Of a stretch of DNA of 64,000 nucleotides, positions 10,183-19,721 are shown in pieces. Position 1 is the stretch's first letter. The number at the start of each line of letters is the position of its first letter. Position numbers and translations under genes: made by a program. The notes under the pieces are model-generated. The model did not search any database. It saw only the letters and a list, made by a program, of their open reading frames with translations, and was not told where the DNA came from. The DNA is from an uncultured virus (IMG/VR IMGVR_UViG_3300037537_001028) (lineage: Duplodnaviria > Heunggongvirae > Uroviricota > Caudoviricetes), in the IMG/VR virus record IMGVR_UViG_3300037537_001028; one strand, given 5' to 3'.

Positions 10183-11997
10183 ATGGGGAACTATAAACAG
10201 GATGTCATAGTACAATACGGAGCCTTTCAGTTTCCTGTACCTACCCCTTATGTCTCTAAAACCTTTTCTAATGAATATATAGGAGGAGATCTATGGGCTA
10301 CAAAAGTAAGTATTTCTTTAGTTGGACAAATAGCTCTGTTACCCAAGAGAGAATCTCCTCAAGAGTTATCAGGAAATAACTACCTAGCGTTACAAAATAA
10401 AAGAGATAAAATCGTTAAAGCTTTTGCAGGAGCGCTTCAAAAAAACTATCAAGATTTCAAAGTGACAGGACATGGCACAGACTTTACTTTAAAGAATTGC
10501 ACGGTAGATGATGTGAGATTTGATAGTGAAGATTACGTAGGTCTTGTTGGTTACACTATATCTTTATCTGGTTATAAAAATGACAAAGATTTTTTAACTG
10601 CGAATTATGGTGTCATAAATCCTACTGACTCATGGGACTACTCAGAAAGTCAAGGGGGCGTGGTCTCTGCTACTCATACAATAGCTGCTACTGGCTACAA
10701 TACAAGTAATGAGAAACCTGATGGGTTCATTAAAGCCAGAGCTTTTGTTAACGGGAGGAAGGGTACGTCAAAGCAAGTCACTAATAGCATTATACAGAAT
10801 GCTCACCCCGGAAGCGCTCTAATATTAAATAGTCAAAGCGAGAACATAGATAGATTTGGTGGTTCGTACTCTATAACAGAAAATTATTCTTTTGTTTCTA
10901 ATGAGTCAAGCAAAACTAAGGGGGAAGAGACTGGTTTGCCAACAATGCAGACTGCTAATATATTGTTGTCTTATGGTATTGCTATAAGCGAGGAACAAGG
11001 TGGTGACTTCATAACAATGGATCTGTCTGGTAGTGTTGTTGGCAGCAAGGATAGCTCGGTTTCTTGGGGTAACATAAAAACGGATTTCAAGAATAGAAAC
11101 TTTTATGATTTAGTTAACAAAGCATACAAAAGACACATAAAGGGAACGGATGGCAGCAGGAGCGCAGCCACTGAACGTAATGACGTTTTACACAGAGAGC
11201 CTGTTTCTTTTTCTATGAGCCCAAATGAAGAAGCAAAGACAATAGAATTTCAAGTAAGCTTTGACAATAACCAACTCTTTAGCAAGGCAAAAATAAAGAA
11301 CGCGCAATCTTACTTTGATTATACTATATCTTTTGATCACGATAATATTACAGATATAATAGAGGTGACATGCGGTGGAGCAATAAGGACCAGAGGCTCA
11401 TTAATAAAGAAGAATAGAGACAATAAAGTATTACTTGATATCATACTTGCTGATTATTCTAAAAAAATTAGAGACGAAGCCCAAACTCTGTATTACAAAA
11501 TGTATCCTACTAGAACTCAATATCTTCTAGCGCCTAGGCCTCAGAACATATCGGTTACTCAGAATGAATTTGATGGAACTATACAATATCAAGCCACTTT
11601 TTCTGACCAAGATTTCCCTGAGAACAGCCAGTTAAGGACGTTAAACTACAGTTTGTCCATTGTCCCTGCTATACAACAGTACAGCTCTGTTCCTTCTTGC
11701 TTTAAAAATGGGCACTACTTAATATATGATCTTAAGCTAGCATCTAGAAGAGAAACGATCACAGTCAATACCTCTGCAGTTGCTGACGAAAGAGACGAGA
11801 CTTCTTATGACGCAGCTAGGGAAGAAGCAAGATTAGTGAGTAACTACCTGAAAGACTCGTTTTTAGATGGCGATGTGATAAGATTAGACAACCAAAATAA
11901 AGTAGAAAACAAAGAACAATCATCTATAACATATAATAGAAGCTTTAGCCAAGAAAAGGCAACAACTACTATAGAATTGAATAGGTTGGACAACTAG
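10183..11997 (+). CDS. virion structural protein, probable paralogue of 8314..10179
   Basis: 604 aa with similar repeated units (GSYSITENYSF, TIEFQVSFDN, GTIQYQATFSD, SITYNRSF). Confidence 0.6.
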   Translation: MGNYKQDVIVQYGAFQFPVPTPYVSKTFSNEYIGGDLWATKVSISLVGQIALLPKRESPQELSGNNYLALQNKRDKIVKAFAGALQKNYQDFKVTGHGTDFTLKNCTVDDVRFDSEDYVGLVGYTISLSGYKNDKDFLTANYGVINPTDSWDYSESQGGVVSATHTIAATGYNTSNEKPDGFIKARAFVNGRKGTSKQVTNSIIQNAHPGSALILNSQSENIDRFGGSYSITENYSFVSNESSKTKGEETGLPTMQTANILLSYGIAISEEQGGDFITMDLSGSVVGSKDSSVSWGNIKTDFKNRNFYDLVNKAYKRHIKGTDGSRSAATERNDVLHREPVSFSMSPNEEAKTIEFQVSFDNNQLFSKAKIKNAQSYFDYTISFDHDNITDIIEVTCGGAIRTRGSLIKKNRDNKVLLDIILADYSKKIRDEAQTLYYKMYPTRTQYLLAPRPQNISVTQNEFDGTIQYQATFSDQDFPENSQLRTLNYSLSIVPAIQQYSSVPSCFKNGHYLIYDLKLASRRETITVNTSAVADERDETSYDAAREEARLVSNYLKDSFLDGDVIRLDNQNKVENKEQSSITYNRSFSQEKATTTIELNRLDN

Positions 11998-11999
11998 AG

Positions 12000-14120
12000 A
12001 TGAAAGAAGGAGTATTACTTGATTATGTTCAAAAGGCGGGGCTTGAGACAGGAGCCCTGTCTGCTTACTATAATTTAAGCGGATCAGTTGATACTCTTGA
12101 CGCCAACGACAGGAATCACCTTTACAAGCTAACTAGTGGCTCTAGCAACGCCTTAGATACTTATGTAGTTCTCAATCAGCTCCATGACTCAGGTACTCAA
12201 CTTTACAATAGTGGAGACGGTAACTTTTTTATAAATGGAGACGACTATCCTGCGTTGATCAATAGTGAATCCCCGTCCATAACTGGGAGCGGAAATTTTG
12301 ACGGGAAGTCTTCCCTGATGAGTGCTCATAGGATTACAGGAGGATCTTGGACATGCTTTTTAGATTTCTCAGGAGACTATAGCGTCGAGAACCCAAGCTT
12401 GTCTCAAGTTCTAGTGTCTAGCATGACGGGCGTTAACTGTGCCTCTGGCCTCAACGTGGGTATAAATGGGTCGAATAGACTTTACTATGAATATATTACT
12501 GGGGTAGATGGAAATAACAGGCATAGACATAGTGAAACCTTACCAACCCATTTAAAAAAATTAAATTTAGTGTCCATATCGAAAACACCAAGCATGATTG
12601 AGGTTTCTTTACATAAGCCTAATGAGGAAACGGCCTCGATTAAATCTCCTTTGAATAACTATACGGAATCAGAAGAGCTTTTCTGGGGAGGGTTTGCTCA
12701 TGGTAATGCTTATAGCGATTTTTATACGGGCTTTTCTGGTTATGTAAATACAATAGGTTTATTTCATGAATATGTTTCTGAGGTAAGTAGGAACACGATT
12801 GCAGAGAGCTTCTTTTTGGAATCTTATAGCGACGCTGGTTTGATTACAGGAGAGAGATTTACAAAGCAAATTACAGGGGTCGAAGTCCAAAGTTTGCAGA
12901 CAGGCTGGGGGCCAACTGGATATAAGCTTATTAACAAAGACTATCATAAAAACGAAGACGGAGACAATGTACCAGTGTACGCGCTTTCTGGCGTAAGGGG
13001 CAGGCTGTATAAAGAGATTTTGGTAGATCTAACCGGGGATAGAAATATAAGATCTATAACAGGTTACTACACAAGCGAGTCTCCTACTAAAAAAACTGAA
13101 TATGTTAATAACTCGAACGCTGTTCCGGGGCAAATAAAATTTGTAGAGGCTTTAGCAGCAGGGGAAATGCTAGAAATTTACACCCACTCAGAATATTTAA
13201 ACAGTATTAACTACAATACTACAACTGAATACTTTTTTGAAACAGTTAAGCCTAATAGTGACGAAAAAATCGATGTACAAGGCTATCAGCTAAAGAACGA
13301 TGATCTTACTTTTGATTCCTCAACTAAGCAGCCCTTTATTCAAGTGTTCAGAAACGGAGTGGCTCAGCAAGAGGTCTCTGGTCTACATAGCGTGTCTGAT
13401 ATATTTAATAATGTAGGAGGTAATTTAAAAGAAGTTGGGGACCGCCAAGGTGTTTATAAAGGTGATTATTTTATAAATGATAATAGTGCTGGCCCTGTAG
13501 GGACTGATGGAGTTGGTGGTAGAATAAATAACAACAGATATGAAATAGTTTTAAACAGTCAAGAAGATAACTTTGGAAATAATGATTTTATTAATTTTGA
13601 TATAGTCTCTGGACCTTCTCTTACTGGGGACTACCCGGGATCTAATGTTCATTTTACTGGAGAATATTTAAATAAGGATGTGTATTTAAATGGCAGGAAG
13701 CTTCTTTCTGGCCATGAGTACTCTCAAAGCTCTACTGGCGGCAAGACATCTTATCTTCTCGACGCTACGGAAATAGGAGCAGACAACAAAGGGGAGTTAC
13801 TTTTTTTACCTCAAGCCTCGACATCTTTCTCTAGGGTTACAGGAGATTCTGGTGGAGAGAGCTTTAATGTAGATAATGTTCTTTTTGAACAGGTGTGGAG
13901 AAATGGGGTCAGGCAGATTCCGGGGATAGATTATTTTAGAGCGCCCAAAAATAGCCTAATAGGAACAGGCGGCGCTAGTTACGAAAATGAGTCTTTTAAA
14001 TTTAAAGAATCTCAACAGAAAATAGACACCTTTGTCGATGGTTTTATTCCGGAGACTAAAAATAAACTGTTTTCTTTTAGTGCTGATGGCAAGGAGAATT
14101 TATTTACCTCGACTAGTTAA
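12000..14120 (+). CDS. virion structural protein, N-terminal LamG/concanavalin-like domain likely
   Basis: 706 aa; GSGNFDG...WT...FSGYVNTIGLF pattern resembles LamG; repeated V(F/Y/W)xNG motifs; very rich in SG/TG. Confidence 0.55.
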   Translation: MKEGVLLDYVQKAGLETGALSAYYNLSGSVDTLDANDRNHLYKLTSGSSNALDTYVVLNQLHDSGTQLYNSGDGNFFINGDDYPALINSESPSITGSGNFDGKSSLMSAHRITGGSWTCFLDFSGDYSVENPSLSQVLVSSMTGVNCASGLNVGINGSNRLYYEYITGVDGNNRHRHSETLPTHLKKLNLVSISKTPSMIEVSLHKPNEETASIKSPLNNYTESEELFWGGFAHGNAYSDFYTGFSGYVNTIGLFHEYVSEVSRNTIAESFFLESYSDAGLITGERFTKQITGVEVQSLQTGWGPTGYKLINKDYHKNEDGDNVPVYALSGVRGRLYKEILVDLTGDRNIRSITGYYTSESPTKKTEYVNNSNAVPGQIKFVEALAAGEMLEIYTHSEYLNSINYNTTTEYFFETVKPNSDEKIDVQGYQLKNDDLTFDSSTKQPFIQVFRNGVAQQEVSGLHSVSDIFNNVGGNLKEVGDRQGVYKGDYFINDNSAGPVGTDGVGGRINNNRYEIVLNSQEDNFGNNDFINFDIVSGPSLTGDYPGSNVHFTGEYLNKDVYLNGRKLLSGHEYSQSSTGGKTSYLLDATEIGADNKGELLFLPQASTSFSRVTGDSGGESFNVDNVLFEQVWRNGVRQIPGIDYFRAPKNSLIGTGGASYENESFKFKESQQKIDTFVDGFIPETKNKLFSFSADGKENLFTSTS

Positions 14121-14140
14121 GTGTAAAAGTATTTAGGCAT

Positions 14141-17100
14141 ATGGCAAAAGATAAAGTAAGTGTACCGAGTATTCAGATAGGAGGTAATAAGCAGGGCTTG
14201 GCTTTCGGGGGAGTGATATATTCAGCTGACTCTCAAGTGGGCTATAATGGGGATGCGACTACATTAAATATAAACGTTGCCTTAGACAGCAAGGTCTCAG
14301 CTAACAACGTAGACAAAAGAGATTTTGATATTACTAAAAACGACCTAAACTTAGCCTCTCCTATTGACATACAATTTGCCGGGAAGCCTATGTTTAGGAA
14401 TATGTTTTTGACTTCCTATAACACGACTACATCGGTAGGAAACAAACTATTGAACCTAACTTATTCTGATGGTGCCGTGTTGTTGGACAGAATTTTTGTT
14501 GGCCTAATCCATGAGCACTTCCATATTGGGTCACAAGGCGAGAAAGAGTTAGATGCAGATGGTAACCCCACGAAAAGAAGTAGGCGAGCTAAGTTTGAAG
14601 TACCTCACATGATAGAGATGTTAATCAAGTGTCCCAAGCCCGAGTCTCACATAATCACGCAAGGAAGCACTCAGGTCGCTTATACTGTTTGTAGCGCCAG
14701 CGATTATACTTTATCAAAAAGAAAAACTCTAAGATATCTCGCTAACCCCACCGGGATAGCGGGCTTAAACTACCAGCTCAAAAGGATGGACGAAAGTTCG
14801 GAGTTTGGCATATGGTCAGGCGGATATATTGTTTTAGGTAAAGAGGAATTTTCTAGTTCTAATTGCGACTTAGCTGACGTCTCTTACAGTTTCGCTGACT
14901 TAATCAATGCCATGAGGAGTTTTAAGATTAATGTAGATTTAACTAGATATCCCGAAAGAAGAGACAATCAACATATGACGAAAAGATATAGCGGGACCCT
15001 TAAAGACGTCTTACAAAACTGGGGTAACGATTTGGCTATTTCTTTTTATTGGGATTTCACTAAGCAGCTACCTACTCTATCTGTTGTAGACTTGTCGGAT
15101 AAATCTATTCAAGCTAAATTCGAAAATGCTATTGCTGCTATTGATCTTTTAGACAAAGGTCATGGTATGACTATGAATGAAGGCACTGATATAGTCATCA
15201 ACGAAAAAAGCCATAGCAATAGTTTGGACGGTACTTTTTCCCAAGCTTACTCTTCTACTTTTAATAGAGGTCCATCCGCAAAGTCCGAAAACAGAAGAAA
15301 GACAGGAGAGGTTTTCTTTAGCTGTCAAAAGTTAGGAGCTTTAGCTGGTGGTGGAAATAAGATATTAGGAAGATCTGCTTACGGTGATTTTTTTACTAGC
15401 ATGACTTTGGGCAAATATGCCCCAGAGCTAAGGGATGCTTTTAATGTTAGGGCCGCAGTTGCTGCTCACATTAAGGGTGGGTGGAAGAGATCCTATGGAT
15501 ATTTTAACGCCATAGGCTTCTCTAGCGTAATTCCTCTAACCTTTGTTAACTCTTGGTCATCAGGGGGCTTAAAGGAGAAATTGCTTGCACATGTTGGCTT
15601 AACTAACTTAATTACTAACCATAAAAACCAGACCTCTCAGCAAGGGGACGTTCCAGTAGGGCCTAATGGAAGCACTTATCATATATTTTTTGGTATTTAT
15701 GATGAGAATGTAAAAGAGTATAGTAACAATCTCGAGCAACAAATCGCCTCCGACTACTACGGAAGGAACTATGTTCTTTCTGCTCCTGCCGCAGAATTTT
15801 TTGAATGCAACAAGGCCTATAAAATATTAGAGACTTTAGAAACCAAGCCTAGTTCTGAGTTTTACGGAGCGAATCAACATTACAAGACTCCGATGGCAAA
15901 GTTTATTCAAAAAATGGAAGACTTAGCTATTAATTCTTTAGAAGCGAGTGGTATTGTATATAAGAATCACTTGTTAGATGATAATAAAAGACTAAGGAGA
16001 AACTTAGTTAAAGGTGGCCCCTGTGACGACAATATTTTTACAGCTAGAAGGCAGTATGGATTTTTTCATTTCGATAGGACGGCTCCTTGGATGGCCTCTA
16101 AAGAAGACGTAGACAATTTAATTAACCCATATACACTCTCACCTAAAAACCCTCAGATGTTTGCGGATGGAGGATATTATAAAAGCGGAGATCAACCTAG
16201 GGTTAGAAAAAATATACTTAAAGAGTACGTCCCTTTTACGCAGGAAATGCCTGCTCTGGCGCAGCTCATAGGAGACTTCAGAACTAAGAAGTATTACGAT
16301 GGGCAAGTCCAGTACGCTCAGCTTCTAAATGCGATGAGTAATGCTCAGTCTTCGGGAAAAGATGTGCGGCTGTGTCTTGCTCTATCAAACTCTGACGGTT
16401 CTTTTAGTGCTCGCGTTATTGGGGACATAACCATAAGGAAAGGGTATGGGGAAAATATTGTAGAAGAATTAAATGCTCTTAGCTCTATTTGTGATAGGTC
16501 ATCTGAAGTCACTCCAAAAGATACGGAAAACTGTACAACCCTTTGTGAGCAAGACTTAGCGGAATCTCTTTGTAACTCAAGTCTTTTCGGTCAAACTGAA
16601 TTAAGCTGCGGAGAGGCCCAAGCTATAAAGGACTCAGCGTACAGTCTAGAAATGATGCCTATTAACAATAAAATAACTGGGCAGAGAATCACGCTAAAAA
16701 GAAGAAAATTTAAAGAGAAGTCAACAGGCGAGCTTTTTTACGCTGATGTAGAAAGGGGAACTACTAACAATACTATAACCACAATAACCGCACCAAGCGA
16801 GAACAATCACAAAGGCATATTAATATATAATAAAAATTCTACTTATACCGACTTTGGTGTGCGTAGGGTTTACGATGGATTAGACAGTACCTTGGTTCCA
16901 GTCAGCCCTAAGATTTCTACTATTAAGTACCAAGTCCAAGATATCACACAGGACGTAAGCTCTGTCTTTGATGAGGACAACAGAGCCAAGCTAATAGAAG
17001 GAGAGATACCTATAGATATTATGGCGGACCTAACAGGAGAGGTCACTCAAGATGGCGATAGAAGTTATTTAAATCTTCAAAGCATAACGGCTGGTAGATA

Positions 17101-17395
17101 CCATAATTTATTGAAGAATAATATATCCTCTGCACAAGTTGACAGCGTAAGGGAAGAAGTTAATTACAAAATATATTTAGACGGTGCCGGAGGAATGAAG
17201 AATTTAATAGAATATTTAAAACAAGAAAATGGCCTAGACTCCCTAACTATAACAAGTGATGAGAGTGGCTACTATTTAAATATCAGCTTTAGTAATAGGC
17301 CCCCAACTCAGCCCGAGCTTGATGCTATATACAGAAAAGTGGGCTCAATAGCCAAGGAAGTACAGCCTAAGAATGCATTTTATAGATCGATGTAA
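14141..17395 (+). CDS. tail/baseplate hub-like structural protein
   Basis: 1084 aa; YSGTLKDVLQNWGNDLAISFYWD resembles hub/Tal-type segments; preceded by GTGTAA at 14121. Confidence 0.5.
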   Translation: MAKDKVSVPSIQIGGNKQGLAFGGVIYSADSQVGYNGDATTLNINVALDSKVSANNVDKRDFDITKNDLNLASPIDIQFAGKPMFRNMFLTSYNTTTSVGNKLLNLTYSDGAVLLDRIFVGLIHEHFHIGSQGEKELDADGNPTKRSRRAKFEVPHMIEMLIKCPKPESHIITQGSTQVAYTVCSASDYTLSKRKTLRYLANPTGIAGLNYQLKRMDESSEFGIWSGGYIVLGKEEFSSSNCDLADVSYSFADLINAMRSFKINVDLTRYPERRDNQHMTKRYSGTLKDVLQNWGNDLAISFYWDFTKQLPTLSVVDLSDKSIQAKFENAIAAIDLLDKGHGMTMNEGTDIVINEKSHSNSLDGTFSQAYSSTFNRGPSAKSENRRKTGEVFFSCQKLGALAGGGNKILGRSAYGDFFTSMTLGKYAPELRDAFNVRAAVAAHIKGGWKRSYGYFNAIGFSSVIPLTFVNSWSSGGLKEKLLAHVGLTNLITNHKNQTSQQGDVPVGPNGSTYHIFFGIYDENVKEYSNNLEQQIASDYYGRNYVLSAPAAEFFECNKAYKILETLETKPSSEFYGANQHYKTPMAKFIQKMEDLAINSLEASGIVYKNHLLDDNKRLRRNLVKGGPCDDNIFTARRQYGFFHFDRTAPWMASKEDVDNLINPYTLSPKNPQMFADGGYYKSGDQPRVRKNILKEYVPFTQEMPALAQLIGDFRTKKYYDGQVQYAQLLNAMSNAQSSGKDVRLCLALSNSDGSFSARVIGDITIRKGYGENIVEELNALSSICDRSSEVTPKDTENCTTLCEQDLAESLCNSSLFGQTELSCGEAQAIKDSAYSLEMMPINNKITGQRITLKRRKFKEKSTGELFYADVERGTTNNTITTITAPSENNHKGILIYNKNSTYTDFGVRRVYDGLDSTLVPVSPKISTIKYQVQDITQDVSSVFDEDNRAKLIEGEIPIDIMADLTGEVTQDGDRSYLNLQSITAGRYHNLLKNNISSAQVDSVREEVNYKIYLDGAGGMKNLIEYLKQENGLDSLTITSDESGYYLNISFSNRPPTQPELDAIYRKVGSIAKEVQPKNAFYRSM

Positions 17396-19209
17396 TGAAA
17401 ATATCTGGATATAAGAACAGAAAAATTTCAACTTTTGATAGTGATTCTAAGTTGGCGTATAATTTAGATATGTCGGTTACTAACACTACTGGAGAAGCTG
17501 TGTTTGGTATATCCGGCTTTATTGGCTCATCTAACAGCCCCTCAAATTCTAAAAAAGTACAATTTACTTTAAAAAGCGGCAGAGTGTTTGACCCGGAAGA
17601 CAGGTGCGTTTATTCCTATCAGCAAGATGAGAACATAAATCTTAAAGGGACTTTCCTACCTAGTAGCTACGACTACTTTATTGATAATAATTTAATATGT
17701 ACCAAGGGATCAAAAACAGATTTTAAAATAAGGAATTTTTTCTTTGATTCTGATGGTTGCGAAATAAATATAAGAAACTTGGATCTATATGGCCCGACAG
17801 GATCTTTAGATTTAGAAGAGACTATGTCTTTTGAGGTTTTCGGTACCTCTGGCACCTCTGGTTCTAGTGGCTACGGTAGTACTAGCAGTAGTGGTAGCTC
17901 GGGAACTGGGGACACTGTAACATTTTCAAACGCTTTAACTTTTAACTCAGGAATAAACTTAGTTGGCAGTGTTTTATCTGGGGAGGTTACAATAGGAAAG
18001 GGGAACTTTGCTTTTGATAATAGCTCTTCAAATATAACTTCCCTGAATGACGTAGGAGGGAACGGCACGAAAAAAGATTTAAAACTAATAGCTCAAACCG
18101 AGCTTTCAAAGCATGAATACATACTAGGCATAGACTTTCATACTACTTTTGGAAAAATAAGGAGGGAGTGTAGCCTTAGAGGTGTCAAGCCTGAAAACCC
18201 AAGTGGGATATCCCTGTCTATGATTGACGATGATGAAGGGTTTTTCGGTAATGGCGCGCCTTTAAATAGCGGAGGTATCCGACAGGATTTTGGTTTTATT
18301 GATGCTGGTCAAGGAGAAAAGGTTAGCGGAGTTTATTCTGTAGGTTATTCTGCTGAAAAAATGTCTTTACCGGAAAGTTCTGCGGGCTTGCCTTATAAGG
18401 TGTATCTGGAACATGTCGAGGGAGACCATTCAAAGCAATACTCTTTCATAACTGGCGTCAAGTTAAGTGGTAGTGGCTTAGGATACACATCAACAAGCTC
18501 CTCTATTAAAGATATAGTCTTTAGGACTGGAGAGCTGGACGCCCTAGGCGTTGACAGTTCTGCGGGCTCTGCTGGTATAGCGGGAGCTTCTTTCGGTACT
18601 ATTATTAATGACGAAGCCGTTGGGCTGATATCTGTTACTACTGACAATAGTAGTAAAATGGTAGAAGCTCATCTTGCCTCAATAAGCACTAACCTATACA
18701 CTGGTGAGGACGGTTCATCTGGATCAGACGTTTCTCATTTAGTTAAAACAAACGATGGCACTTTAATAACTAGGCATACAGGAGTGGTGGATATATCAAC
18801 TGTTATACCGCAGCCGAATAGTGTTTCGGCTACCACTAAGATCTTGGCCAGCGGAATACCAGAAATATTTAACTATACAAAGCCTGCGTCAGATTGGAGG
18901 TTGTTTACTGGAGAATTTGGTGCTGATGAATTTGTTGAGCAAACTGCTACTGGTGCAGATACAGCTCCTTTAAAGTATTGGAAATACAAAGATGGAGATA
19001 CAGACTTTTTAGATATCTCTGTCATGGCTAAAAATTATGTCGATATAGATCCTATGGTATATAGGTTAGTTGTAAGTGGCGCTGACGGATTCTTGGCAAG
19101 CGCGAATATAACTGGAACAGTAATGGACAGTGGTCCTTTTAACGCAAAAGGTAATTTAGATGGTATCCCAAAATACACACCTATACATCCCTTAACAGCT
19201 AGTTCATAA
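17395..19209 (+). CDS. virion structural protein with Ser/Gly-rich linker
   Basis: 604 aa, coupled start (TAATG), GTSGTSGSSG linker, ITGVKLSGSGLGY motif. Confidence 0.6.
   Translation: MKISGYKNRKISTFDSDSKLAYNLDMSVTNTTGEAVFGISGFIGSSNSPSNSKKVQFTLKSGRVFDPEDRCVYSYQQDENINLKGTFLPSSYDYFIDNNLICTKGSKTDFKIRNFFFDSDGCEINIRNLDLYGPTGSLDLEETMSFEVFGTSGTSGSSGYGSTSSSGSSGTGDTVTFSNALTFNSGINLVGSVLSGEVTIGKGNFAFDNSSSNITSLNDVGGNGTKKDLKLIAQTELSKHEYILGIDFHTTFGKIRRECSLRGVKPENPSGISLSMIDDDEGFFGNGAPLNSGGIRQDFGFIDAGQGEKVSGVYSVGYSAEKMSLPESSAGLPYKVYLEHVEGDHSKQYSFITGVKLSGSGLGYTSTSSSIKDIVFRTGELDALGVDSSAGSAGIAGASFGTIINDEAVGLISVTTDNSSKMVEAHLASISTNLYTGEDGSSGSDVSHLVKTNDGTLITRHTGVVDISTVIPQPNSVSATTKILASGIPEIFNYTKPASDWRLFTGEFGADEFVEQTATGADTAPLKYWKYKDGDTDFLDISVMAKNYVDIDPMVYRLVVSGADGFLASANITGTVMDSGPFNAKGNLDGIPKYTPIHPLTASS
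17842..17910 (+). repeat. degenerate 9-bp tandem repeat encoding GTS/GSS
   Basis: ggtacctct ggcacctct ggttctagt ... ggtagctcg ggaactggg. Confidence 0.65.
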
Positions 19210-19211
19210 AA

Positions 19212-19718
19212 ATGGCAAATCTTAAAAAAACACAAAAGAAAGACATCATACTAAAGGTTCATCCTGTGGGAACAGCGGAAGACTCTACTATAATGCCGAA
19301 CCCAGATGTGCCAGCCGAGTGGGTGTTTAACGGCAAGGTGTGGAAAAATCCACCTGCCAAGGAAACAGGGACTTCAAAATGGAAGGTTCCGCCACCATGG
19401 ATACAAAAAGGAGTATCCCAAAATAGCCTTACGTCTCGTCAAAAAAGAAAAGTTTTAATGGTCAGGTATGCTGGTAGCAAAAAGATTCCCAATAACGGCG
19501 ACGGAAGATTTCTAATAGATATTCCTGAGGGGTTTTTTGACGCAGAGGGAAATTTTACAGCTAGGCCATTGTATCAATCGACTGATACTCTTCACGTGCT
19601 TTGGACAGGCACGGAAGCTGTTCAAGAGTCAGGTTGGATAGACCTAAATTATCAAGAGAGAGGCGGCAACGGTGGAGGGGAGTCCACAACAACGGTGGGT
19701 TGCGCAAAATGGAGTTAA
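19212..19718 (+). CDS. hypothetical protein (tail module)
   Basis: 168-aa ORF filling the gap between structural genes with 2-3 nt spacing. Confidence 0.7.
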   Translation: MANLKKTQKKDIILKVHPVGTAEDSTIMPNPDVPAEWVFNGKVWKNPPAKETGTSKWKVPPPWIQKGVSQNSLTSRQKRKVLMVRYAGSKKIPNNGDGRFLIDIPEGFFDAEGNFTARPLYQSTDTLHVLWTGTEAVQESGWIDLNYQERGGNGGGESTTTVGCAKWS

Positions 19719-19721
19719 CGT

